From contig CBDDUX010000007.1 of the NCBI GenBank assembly GCA_965234725.1, forward strand, positions 63,293 to 127,292: a stretch of 64,000 bases of DNA, in the 5' to 3' direction. The translations under genes were made by a program, and so were the position numbers. This stretch comes from Thermoplasmatota archaeon (GTDB lineage Archaea > Thermoplasmatota > Penumbrarchaeia > Penumbrarchaeales > Penumbrarchaeaceae). Shown in pieces: positions 20,807-29,808 of the stretch; position 1 is the first letter of the stretch, and every line of letters begins with the position of its first letter. The notes beneath the pieces were generated by a model. The model made no database searches. It was not told where the DNA came from and saw only the letters and a list, made by a program, of their open reading frames with translations.

Positions 20807-21118
20807 TCATGGTATCTCGCAGTTCAGAAGGACCTGAAGTATGCCCTCCTTCACCTGTTCTGCCGATTCATGCGTCTCTTCGATGTGGACCCTTTCCTTA
20901 TGTGCCTTCAACTGGTCCATTATCTCGTTGAAACAGACAACCTCGGACCGGGTCACACGTCTTACCGGAACCCTCTCAAGGGCAATGTCGTCCACCTCTA
21001 TGTCATATTTCAGGTGGCAGAAGTTCAGGACCGCGTCATCCTCACCGGTAAAGAACCCCAATGTCCTATGGGTGGAGGTCTGGTAGGTCCTGAATATTGT
21101 CAAGGTCCGTCCTTCCAT
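20807..21118 (-). CDS. Hypothetical protein
   Basis: 103-aa ORF filling the gap, abutting rdgB tail-to-tail, with a TATA-like TTAATATAT upstream; no motif recognised. Confidence 0.55.
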   Translation of the reverse strand: MEGRTLTIFRTYQTSTHRTLGFFTGEDDAVLNFCHLKYDIEVDDIALERVPVRRVTRSEVVCFNEIMDQLKAHKERVHIEETHESAEQVKEGILQVLLNCEIP

Positions 21119-21120
21119 GG

Positions 21121-21280
21121 TATTCCACTGGAGATCAATATATTAAGCGGTAACAGGGGAGGTCCCCGAGAGGACCCCACCCCTCCATTTCCAGTGGAAT
21201 AATGATCCAATCGACTTAAGAAACAAGTTAAAAAATTCCATGATCATTATCTACTCAAAGATCGATATTACAGTGGAAAC
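21121..21280. other. Cluster of three ORB-like elements; candidate replication origin
   Basis: TATTCCACTGGAGAT (+, 21121-21135); TATTCCACTGGAAATGGAGGGGTGGGG with G-string (-, 21175-21201); TATTACAGTGGAAAC (+, 21266-21280). Matches the euryarchaeal ORB pattern TTCCAsTGGAAA-N-GGGG. Confidence 0.65.
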
Positions 21281-21314
21281 CTTCTTGAAACATGAATCGA
21301 ATATACTAACCGAG

Positions 21315-22649
21315 ATGAGGATAGGGATTTCGGAGATCATTCTCTACCATCTGAAAAATACCAAAGGTGGAAGGATCAATTACTCGGGTCTTGAAAGACT
21401 TCCCGCAGTCCTGGGAAGAAGCAGAAAAACCCTGATGAACAACATAAGTCTCCTCACACGGGAGGGATATCTCGATTCATCAAGGGATCCAGGTAACAAA
21501 TGGTTATATCTAACAGATAAAGGATTGGAAAAATATCAACGCCTTTTTAATGGGCTGGAAGAACTCTACTTTACCAGAGAAAATCACGGCATATCAGAGG
21601 ACATGAAATTATTGGCTGTCCTGAACCGTTTCAGGGATCCTGAATTCGGTACCTTTCTTCTATCCCTGTTCATAGCAAAGAAGGAATTCGACCTGTTATC
21701 GACTTTGAAGGGAGTCGGTCTTATTGAAAATGACACCTCTCCCTTCCTCATTTTTTCGAATACGGGCCATTCACAGAAGGCAAGGGATATCTTCTCATCG
21801 GCGTTCTACAGATACACCTATCTTGGAGATGCAAATGAATCGAATATTGATTTCGACACACTGGAAGGTGTTCTGGTCCATGCGGAAACACTCCGGCGAA
21901 AAGGCGAATACGGTAATGCGATGGGGCTGTATGAATCGTTGATCTCAAGGTCGGATCTTTCCCGAAATATATGGTTTCTGGCAAATATCGGGATCGTTCA
22001 CTGCATCAAGCGAAAGGGAGATCCACTCGAAGCATTGAAACATCTTGAAATGGTGGAAGGAAAAATCGAGGATCGTCTGAAATTGGCCTATCTCAACGAG
22101 GTTAAGGCCGATATAATGATACTGGTCGGCGATCATGAAGAAGCGGAGAGGTTGTTCAGAAGCAGTGTATCGACTTTCGAACATTACAAACATTCTCTCC
22201 TTCTATTCGTGGGTTACAACAACTGGGGTGTTTTGAGGTACAATTCGGGAAGTTATGAATTGGCGGAAAAGATGTGGAAAAAGGCCCGAATCCATGCAAA
22301 TGATGCAAGAAGCGAGCCTGCAAGGGCGATCGTTCTATGCAATCTCTCCTCGATCGACTCATACAACAACCGATTTGAGGATGCAGAGAGGAAACTGAAG
22401 AGGGCTGAGGACATCTATACCAAGAGGAAGGATCTGGAAGGCATCTCACTGGTCGAGTATAACAGGGCAATTTTGTATCTGGAGAAAGGAATGATCGACC
22501 ATGCCTTTGATCATTATACAAGGTCATTCAAGATCGCGTATCCTCTTCCTTTCGAGCTCGAAAAAATGGAACGGAAAAAGCAGTTCAATGTAAGGACCAT
22601 GCGAAAGCTTTATATCGGGGTCGGCTGCCGTCGGGAAAAACTCGGGTAA
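21315..22649 (+). CDS. Winged-helix plus TPR-repeat putative transcriptional regulator (ORF open from 21240)
   Basis: LGRSRKTLMNNISLLTREGYL...LYLTDKG (MarR-like wHTH); TPR helices such as YNNWGVLRYNSGSYELAEKMWKKA and EYNRAILYLEKGMIDHAFDHYTRS. Confidence 0.8.
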   Translation: MRIGISEIILYHLKNTKGGRINYSGLERLPAVLGRSRKTLMNNISLLTREGYLDSSRDPGNKWLYLTDKGLEKYQRLFNGLEELYFTRENHGISEDMKLLAVLNRFRDPEFGTFLLSLFIAKKEFDLLSTLKGVGLIENDTSPFLIFSNTGHSQKARDIFSSAFYRYTYLGDANESNIDFDTLEGVLVHAETLRRKGEYGNAMGLYESLISRSDLSRNIWFLANIGIVHCIKRKGDPLEALKHLEMVEGKIEDRLKLAYLNEVKADIMILVGDHEEAERLFRSSVSTFEHYKHSLLLFVGYNNWGVLRYNSGSYELAEKMWKKARIHANDARSEPARAIVLCNLSSIDSYNNRFEDAERKLKRAEDIYTKRKDLEGISLVEYNRAILYLEKGMIDHAFDHYTRSFKIAYPLPFELEKMERKKQFNVRTMRKLYIGVGCRREKLG

Positions 22650-23261
22650 ACTCAAATAGACTCCCGGGTTGATCGCATCCGGTGAAGGGAAAATGGATAG
22701 ATACACCGGCATCATGCTCTCGATCCTAATTTCTGCTGCTTGTATTCTAATAATGTTCGCAAACGATTCGTCCGGGACTCCCGCACAATCCAAAAAAGCG
22801 ATAATCATTGTATCTTCCTCGAACGGTGAAAATCAATATGAGATAGACAAGGCGATCTGTTTCTTGGAATACCTGATCGATGATGGATATGAAGAAGAAG
22901 ATATCGATCTGATATCAGCGGGAGATTCTGAATACATAGATTCCATAGATTCGTTATCAAACATCAACGCATCATTTTCCGATCTGATATCCGAATCCGA
23001 CGAGGATACTGAGGTGGTTGTTTACATCTCGGACAACGGCCACGCTGAAAACGGTTACCCTTCTCTATGGTTCATGGACGGGAATATCTCGGGAATCCAG
23101 TTCGATTCATGGTTCGATGAGATAACATGTTCCGAATTCACATTCATTATAGGAGGAAACAGGTCCGGAATAATCGGACCGGATGTAGCCGATCCCTCAA
23201 GAACAGTGATGAGTTCGATGAGGGGAGATCAGGTAGCATTTCCGGATCAGTTCAACATCAC
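22599..23261 (+). repeat. Direct repeat copy 1 (~660 bp: promoter, leader and most of the caspase-like gene)
   Basis: Aligns without gaps to 28993-29655 at offset 6394; includes about 150 identical bases near 23098-23248. Confidence 0.95.
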
Positions 23262-23385
23262 CAGGAGCTTGAAGGATCTTTCCGCTGACTCGGACAATGA
23301 CGGTGTTGTGAGCTTTGTCGAATCTTTCTGCAAGGAGGTTTTCATTCTCGGAGGAACGGGTCAGGACCCTGTTCTATTCAATTGA
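22693..23385 (+). CDS. Secreted caspase/legumain (clan CD)-fold protein, probably catalytically inactive; copy 1
   Basis: N-terminal hydrophobic signal; KKAIIIV strand; VVYISDNG (cf. FxYFSDHG); IIGGNRSG (cf. IIDACxSG); ADSDNDGVVSFVESF and QDP tail typical of caspase-like domains. Confidence 0.7.
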   Translation: MDRYTGIMLSILISAACILIMFANDSSGTPAQSKKAIIIVSSSNGENQYEIDKAICFLEYLIDDGYEEEDIDLISAGDSEYIDSIDSLSNINASFSDLISESDEDTEVVVYISDNGHAENGYPSLWFMDGNISGIQFDSWFDEITCSEFTFIIGGNRSGIIGPDVADPSRTVMSSMRGDQVAFPDQFNITRSLKDLSADSDNDGVVSFVESFCKEVFILGGTGQDPVLFN

Positions 23386-23425
23386 CAATCCATGATTCAT
23401 CATGGGAAAATATGAGGTGAAGAAG

Positions 23426-24781
23426 ATGAAAGGGAAATATGCATTCATTGCACTGGTCCTTGCCGGGATCCTTGTTCTGGTCATACCTGGACAGATTGCG
23501 GCATGGAGAAATACGGGAAGTTATCCGGTAACACTGGATAATTCGAACAACGACTGCAGATATCCTGCCTCGTACAACATTCAGAACATCGATTACGTAA
23601 CTTGGCAACAATGGGATTCATCCAATTCCAATTGGAATATCTATTTCAGTTGGGGTTATGATACAAATTGGGCTCCAGCTGTTCCTTATAAAATTACTAA
23701 TAATGGTATCTGGGGTAACAATGATTATGATAATACTCATCCAGATATCTGTGCCTATTGGGAAGGTCATGATGAGGAATGGCATGCGGTATATATTGCA
23801 TGGCAATTCTGGGACCAATCCCGAGGATGTTGGGAAATTGAAACTTGCAGAATAACCATCGATTATTCCGGTGGTGGACTGGGAATGATTTCCTCAATAA
23901 ATTATGGCAAAGCAAGTGATAACGATTATGATGATTCAATACTTCCGGCAATTGATTGCAACTGGAATGTATTTCTTGCATGGGAAGATTATCGCAATGA
24001 TACTGCTGAGATCTACTTTGATCACTCAATAGATGGATATACATGGTATCATGATACATTCTGGTCGGAGACAAATGGAATTGATCGGATAGCAGATGCC
24101 AATGAATTGGAAGCAAATAGTATGGACCCTTGCATTGCTGTTGAAGATGTTGGTGGATTTAACCCCGATTTCGAACAAGTATGTGTTCTCTGGGAAGAAT
24201 ATGATTCAGGAACATCACAGATATGGCAGCACACCATTTTCTGGGGACCTGCTGGTAATTACTCTTCATTCTATCAAAGTTGCTGTCAAGTCAACAATGG
24301 AATGACGCAGAATACCGAACTTGATCCTGATATTGAGGATTTCTATGACGAATTCTTATATGTATGGTCAGATGACCGTGATGGCAACTGGGAGATATAC
24401 GAAGGAAAGACCTGGTTCAATGTAGCAGCAAATCCAGTAAGCTGGTTCACTCGGAGAGTAACAAATGACATGGATGATGATGAACATCCAGCAATCGACC
24501 TGTCGGTGAATAATTCAGGAGGTCAACCCACAAAGGAAATACTGATATCATGGGATACTGACAGGAGTGGTAACGGTGATATCTATGCATGCAGAGGTAT
24601 CCAAAATCTTGGAGCTGCAGATACTCTATACTGTTCTGGGCAGGGATTGAGTGATTCAAGAGTGTCTTTCACGAACAATCTGGATGACTTCTCAGACATC
24701 ACCACTTACAATGGAGTAGGATATTGTGTATGGGAACAAGCCGCCAATCCATGGGATATTCTCTACACAAGAGACCCATGA
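23426..24781 (+). CDS. Secreted acidic beta-propeller-like repeat protein, no membrane anchor
   Basis: Signal peptide after GAGGTGA RBS; repeated P-x-I...(V/A)W-x-D-x-R-x-G-x-x-(E/D)IY units. Confidence 0.7.
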   Translation: MKGKYAFIALVLAGILVLVIPGQIAAWRNTGSYPVTLDNSNNDCRYPASYNIQNIDYVTWQQWDSSNSNWNIYFSWGYDTNWAPAVPYKITNNGIWGNNDYDNTHPDICAYWEGHDEEWHAVYIAWQFWDQSRGCWEIETCRITIDYSGGGLGMISSINYGKASDNDYDDSILPAIDCNWNVFLAWEDYRNDTAEIYFDHSIDGYTWYHDTFWSETNGIDRIADANELEANSMDPCIAVEDVGGFNPDFEQVCVLWEEYDSGTSQIWQHTIFWGPAGNYSSFYQSCCQVNNGMTQNTELDPDIEDFYDEFLYVWSDDRDGNWEIYEGKTWFNVAANPVSWFTRRVTNDMDDDEHPAIDLSVNNSGGQPTKEILISWDTDRSGNGDIYACRGIQNLGAADTLYCSGQGLSDSRVSFTNNLDDFSDITTYNGVGYCVWEQAANPWDILYTRDP

Positions 24782-24798
24782 TGGCATGAATAATAATG

Positions 24799-24832
24799 AT
24801 GGGGAAATCCTCATTTAAGAGGATTTTCCCAT
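24799..24832. terminator. Intergenic hairpin (terminator or processing/stability element)
   Basis: ATGGGGAAATCCTC-atttaa-GAGGATTTTCCCAT, 14-bp stem with one G-U pair, with A/T-rich flanks that extend the pairing. Confidence 0.6.
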
Positions 24833-24912
24833 ATTATTTAATAAACTCATGATACAGGACTGAACCATAATGGTTAATAGACCAATGGAACGATAAAGAG
24901 GAGGAGTCTATT

Positions 24913-27900
24913 ATGGATTTTAGGAAAGCAATGATAATCACATTAATCTTTGTACTGCTTTCTTCGACCATTATAACTTATAATGAAAGCAGCACCGAAA
25001 ATTCATCAGAAAATAATGATACCAATGATAATTTTGAGAAAAAACATATAATTTCACCAGCAATATATAATGGAAATATCTATCACATCTCTTTTTCAGG
25101 ATCAACTTTTTCCAATCTGACACAAGCCATTGATCATTGTTCCGGTGGAGAAACTCTGATAATTGGAAACGGGACCTACGATGATCGCGTGATAATAACA
25201 GTATCCAATCTGACTATAATCGGGAATTCAACTTCAAATTGCTTATTCACAAATAACCAATCATTCACTTCAAACATAAACGTGTCCGCCAACAACTTCA
25301 CGATAATGAATATCGGATTTCTAACAAGCAATCACAACACGACATCGATCAGGTTCGGGGGAAATGATCTGAATATCTCCCACTGTTACTTCAATGGGAC
25401 AGGTTACTTCATCTCACAGGTGAATTTGTCCTCATATTCAAGAAGGATAGATATCTTCGATTGTGAATTTCATCTGGATGGTTATTACTGCAAGTCTATA
25501 TATGATAATTCTCCAAGTTTTAATATGCATATATCCAAATCATCTTTCGATTTATACGGATTCTTTTCAAGTGGTTATTATGGAATAAATACATCAAAAT
25601 TATTTATTGATGGCAATATCTTCAGAATCGAAACCTATATTACTCAAGACACTGGTGCATACAAATACAATCAAGTCGGTATTTATTTTATCCAAGGAAT
25701 AGATATTTTAATACGAGATAATTATTTCTACGGGTGGGGTAGTGCTGCGACACCATCAGGGATAAGAACTGATTACAATTCTCTTTCTCGTATATATGGA
25801 TATGAATATAAAATATTCAATTGTTCAATTGTCAATAATTTTTTCAAGGGAAACAGGAAGTTTACAAGTGCTTTGATATCTTATTGTGTAGGTGTAATTA
25901 TTTATAAAAATAATGCTGTAAGCATAAATAGTATTAGGGTGTATTATTCAATTAACATTTCTGTTCATCATAATATTGAAGGAGACTATCAAACCCTTCA
26001 TTCAAAAAATATTACAATGTATAGCAATAATATAACAATTAGCACAAGCAGATTATTAGCTTGGGGTGAACATATCTCCATTCATGATAATCAAGCTTAC
26101 CGGATCGAAGCCATGGGTGAAGATATTCAGATTTATGATAATACATTTTTAAGACATGGAATCTGGGTAAGTGATGGACACAATGTTTCTATCCAAAATA
26201 ATGAACTTCAATTCTCTGCGGGAAGGACTGGAGGTGTACAAGGGGCTATTGAGTTGTGGGGAAAGACGTGGACAGATGAACCAATGTTTATTCATTCGAA
26301 TATTACAATCAGAAATAATACAATAAATGCCAAGGGAGATCTGGTATTCACAGAATCAGTAGTCGATGGATTCGGATGTGCAGGTGTATTTCTTCAGGAT
26401 ATCAACGGTTTGACAATGGTTGATAATGAAATTAATTGCAGGGGAAGGACCGCAGAAGGGTGTCTCTTCACTCATGTTACAAACACTAACATACAAAATA
26501 ATTCTATAAAAGTGAACGGCAATTATTCTGTTGGTGTTAACATTGGAATACATGTTGAATGGGGGAATCGTATCAATTACGGACTGACCATGTATGACAA
26601 CGAGATCGTGATGGAAGGGAACAGTACAACGGCATTCAGGTTCCAGCAGAGAGTGTATGCCAATGATCTCTTCGATAACAGGGTCATTATCAACGGCGGA
26701 TTCGGTCAGAAAGTGGTGGCCGCAAAGGATGATGTTACACAATCGATTTCTTTTTCGGAAGTTATAATGAACAATACTCAAGGTTTGGAAGCTGAACTCA
26801 GTGAGGATTCGAGGCTCACTGTGATCGGAGCTCCCATCACGAATGCAACCGTTTCAAGCGATTCAAAACTGGACCTCTATCAGAACCTTGAGGTCGGAGC
26901 TAAAGATGTTTATGGAAACATCCTGGATTATGCAGACATCAAGGTCCTGAATGAAGATGATGAATACTCCACACCTGGATATGGAGGAGAGGAACCATAT
27001 CCCGGAGAACAGGGATACATAGGTCCTTTCATCGTTCATGATAGGATATTCAACGGGAAGAATTCCGCGGATATCTTCGAAACCAACTTATCAGCAAAGT
27101 ATGAGGGAGATGTTCCCTGGGAAGAATCGGTATCGATCAACATTCACGAAAACACAAGATACATATTCGAGGTTCCTGATCTGAACCAGCCTTCTATACC
27201 CAAAGGGTTGACAGGGATACCTATAGTAGGAACACAGAACATTCTGTTGGAATGGGAACCGCTTCCAAAGGATTGTCTCAATTACCAACTGGAATACAGG
27301 ATCGGAGGAAGCTGGCAGGCACTTGGAACGGTACCCCATCCTGACAAATCATTCGTTCATCTCGATCTTGACCAGGACACAACAGTTCAATATCAAATCA
27401 GAGCCTACAACGGTCATCTTTTTTCTGATTGGAGCAAGAAAATTACTGTTGTATCAGGTGATATCACACCTCCATCACAGGCGAAAGGACTGAACATCAC
27501 ATTTGTGGGATATGATTGGATAGGCATCTCATGGAACCCCAGTCTGGACCCCGATGTTGTGAATGTCAGCATCCAGGCAAGAGAGAAGGGAACAGGAACA
27601 ATTCGAAATGAAACAGTGATCGATTCCAGCGAGTATTCTGCAATAATAGGAGGACTGGAACCAGAACATAATTACGAGATGGTGATCAGGTTCATTGACG
27701 ATGCCGGATTATTCTCCATGTCATCTGTCCTGGATGCGAGAACGGATTTCATGAGAGGAAAATTGATAGTTCATGTCACATTCGCCGAAGGATCGATCTG
27801 GGATGGATACGGTTCTTCCCTGAAGGTGACATTGACGGGGGTGAATCATACCCAACCCTCTGCAAAAACCGATCAGTTCGGGACATGTACATTTGAAGGT

Positions 27901-28875
27901 CTTCACATACCAGATACGATCTCTGTAACGGTTGATCCTCCAAAAGGTCATGAAGGTACCTGGGGAAAGATAGAGGGGTATCTTCGGGTGGTTTCGAATA
28001 ATATTCATTTCCGAAAAGATAATCAGACAGAAGAGATCGATCTTGTAATGGAATACTATTCCAGAGGCATTATTGAGAAGACAGGAATGATATCCGGAAA
28101 GGTATCCTATCCCGATGAGGGAAAGATGAAAGGACAGAATGTACCAAATTCCGTTGTGGAGATCCTGTTCCTGAACGGAACGATATTCAATACAACCAAA
28201 ACGAATGTTGACGGTTATTTCGAGTTCACTGATCTGCCACTTCCCCTCAACTGCAGGATCATGGCCTATCCCAGAGAAGAGGATGGGGAAAGTTACCTGG
28301 AGAACGGATCGGAGATCCTATCAATCTCCGAGGACCTTTTCCAGGTGACAGTTGGTATTGTGTTAATATACAATCCTCCCGATGTCACTCCCGAATATGT
28401 GCAGATCCTTGGATACGGTCCTACAGGAGAGATTACAGATAATAAAATGAAAATCTTCATCGAGTTCTCCACTCCGATCAAGACCAAGGATCTTACCGAA
28501 CTGATAATAATCTCTCCTTCTCCTGATATTGTCCGGATAGACATCTCATCTGACAAGAAGACCGTTACAATAGACCATAGCGGGTTCTTGATGGAAACGA
28601 ATTACAATGTAACAGTTTCATTTCTGATCGAGTTCGAGGGTGTTGTGGGCCTCAATGAGAGTTTGGAATGGTCCTTTCAAGTTGTCAATAAAGATGACGG
28701 AGGCAATCCGGATAACAGCGATAATGATTTCAACTTCTTCCCGATCCTTGTTATCATAACTATGATTATCCTGGTAGCCGGAGGATTATTTTTCTACCTC
28801 AGAAATAATCGTAACAATACTGAAAAACCTATAATCAATGGTTATCCTGAACCATACGAGTGTTCCGAAGAATAG
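24913..28875 (+). CDS. Large anchored surface protein: parallel beta-helix repeats, two FN3 domains, Ig-like domains, TM helix
   Basis: FSNLTQAID...IGNGTY cap and IxNN repeats; LEWEP...YQIRAYN; ISWNPS...GLEPEHNY; IFIEFSTPI; TM followed by RNNR. Confidence 0.82.
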   Translation: MDFRKAMIITLIFVLLSSTIITYNESSTENSSENNDTNDNFEKKHIISPAIYNGNIYHISFSGSTFSNLTQAIDHCSGGETLIIGNGTYDDRVIITVSNLTIIGNSTSNCLFTNNQSFTSNINVSANNFTIMNIGFLTSNHNTTSIRFGGNDLNISHCYFNGTGYFISQVNLSSYSRRIDIFDCEFHLDGYYCKSIYDNSPSFNMHISKSSFDLYGFFSSGYYGINTSKLFIDGNIFRIETYITQDTGAYKYNQVGIYFIQGIDILIRDNYFYGWGSAATPSGIRTDYNSLSRIYGYEYKIFNCSIVNNFFKGNRKFTSALISYCVGVIIYKNNAVSINSIRVYYSINISVHHNIEGDYQTLHSKNITMYSNNITISTSRLLAWGEHISIHDNQAYRIEAMGEDIQIYDNTFLRHGIWVSDGHNVSIQNNELQFSAGRTGGVQGAIELWGKTWTDEPMFIHSNITIRNNTINAKGDLVFTESVVDGFGCAGVFLQDINGLTMVDNEINCRGRTAEGCLFTHVTNTNIQNNSIKVNGNYSVGVNIGIHVEWGNRINYGLTMYDNEIVMEGNSTTAFRFQQRVYANDLFDNRVIINGGFGQKVVAAKDDVTQSISFSEVIMNNTQGLEAELSEDSRLTVIGAPITNATVSSDSKLDLYQNLEVGAKDVYGNILDYADIKVLNEDDEYSTPGYGGEEPYPGEQGYIGPFIVHDRIFNGKNSADIFETNLSAKYEGDVPWEESVSINIHENTRYIFEVPDLNQPSIPKGLTGIPIVGTQNILLEWEPLPKDCLNYQLEYRIGGSWQALGTVPHPDKSFVHLDLDQDTTVQYQIRAYNGHLFSDWSKKITVVSGDITPPSQAKGLNITFVGYDWIGISWNPSLDPDVVNVSIQAREKGTGTIRNETVIDSSEYSAIIGGLEPEHNYEMVIRFIDDAGLFSMSSVLDARTDFMRGKLIVHVTFAEGSIWDGYGSSLKVTLTGVNHTQPSAKTDQFGTCTFEGLHIPDTISVTVDPPKGHEGTWGKIEGYLRVVSNNIHFRKDNQTEEIDLVMEYYSRGIIEKTGMISGKVSYPDEGKMKGQNVPNSVVEILFLNGTIFNTTKTNVDGYFEFTDLPLPLNCRIMAYPREEDGESYLENGSEILSISEDLFQVTVGIVLIYNPPDVTPEYVQILGYGPTGEITDNKMKIFIEFSTPIKTKDLTELIIISPSPDIVRIDISSDKKTVTIDHSGFLMETNYNVTVSFLIEFEGVVGLNESLEWSFQVVNKDDGGNPDNSDNDFNFFPILVIITMIILVAGGLFFYLRNNRNNTEKPIINGYPEPYECSEE

Positions 28876-28992
28876 TGATGTGATGAAGAAGAATGAAAGG
28901 ATCAGTTTATTCAATATAACTTGAGAATGCCCTTAGTATTTGAAATGGTGACATGTCTCCCTATGCTCTACACAGAGAAAAAAGAAAACACA

Positions 28993-29655
28993 ATGCAAAA
29001 GCCATATATAGGGGTCGGCCGCGAGCGGGAAAAACTCGGGTAAACTCAAATAATCTCCCGGGTTGATCGCATCCGGTGAAGGGAAAATGGATAGATACAC
29101 CGGCATCATGCTCTCGATCCTATTTTCTGCTGCTTGTATTCTAATAATGTTCGCAAACGATTCGTCCGGGACTCCCACACAATCCAAAAGGGCGATAATC
29201 ATTGTGTCTTCCTCAAATGGAGAAAACCAGTATGAGATAGACAAGGCGATCTGTTTCTTGGAATACCTCCTCGATGATGGGTACGATGAAGATGATATCG
29301 ATCTGATATCGGTGGGTGATTCGGAATACATAGATTCCATAGATTCGTTATCAAACATCAACGCATCATTTTCCGACCTGATATACGAATCCGACGAGGA
29401 TACCGAGGTAGTTATTTACATATCAGACAACGGACACGCGGAATACGGCTGCCCTTCTCTATGGTTCAGGGACGGGAATATCTCCGGAATACAGTTCGAT
29501 TCATGGTTCGATGAGATAACATGTTCCGAATTCACATTCATTATAGGAGGAAACAGGTCCGGAATAATCGGACCGGATGTAGCCGATCCCTCAAGAACAG
29601 TGATGAGTTCGATGAGGGGAGATCAGGTAGCATTTCCGGATCTGTTCAACATCAC
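28993..29655 (+). repeat. Direct repeat copy 2
   Basis: Near-identical to 22599-23261. Confidence 0.95.
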
Positions 29656-29785
29656 AAGAAGCCTCGAAGATGAAACCTCGGATACTGACGAGGACGGTGT
29701 TGTCGATTTCATTGAAGCATTCTATCACGAGAGAGATCTGCTAATCGGTTACAGTCAGACACCCTGTCTATGGACAGGACCTTGA
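29087..29785 (+). CDS. Secreted caspase/legumain-fold protein, probably inactive; copy 2
   Basis: About 13 amino-acid differences from copy 1 up to FNITRSL, then a divergent C-terminus; the same SDNG and GGNRSG motifs. Confidence 0.7.
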   Translation: MDRYTGIMLSILFSAACILIMFANDSSGTPTQSKRAIIIVSSSNGENQYEIDKAICFLEYLLDDGYDEDDIDLISVGDSEYIDSIDSLSNINASFSDLIYESDEDTEVVIYISDNGHAEYGCPSLWFRDGNISGIQFDSWFDEITCSEFTFIIGGNRSGIIGPDVADPSRTVMSSMRGDQVAFPDLFNITRSLEDETSDTDEDGVVDFIEAFYHERDLLIGYSQTPCLWTGP

Positions 29786-29808
29786 CAAAAGAATTTGGAG
29801 GAAAAGAG

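Noticed and set aside
21121-21201. MITE or structured RNA with 15-bp terminal inverted repeats
   Set aside because: No target-site duplication or second copy; the third isolated box and the G-string fit ORB elements better.
22599-29655. Repeat pair as the template/variable regions of a diversity-generating retroelement, or as insertion sequences
   Set aside because: Differences are not adenine-specific, both copies are intact genes, and no reverse transcriptase or transposase is present.
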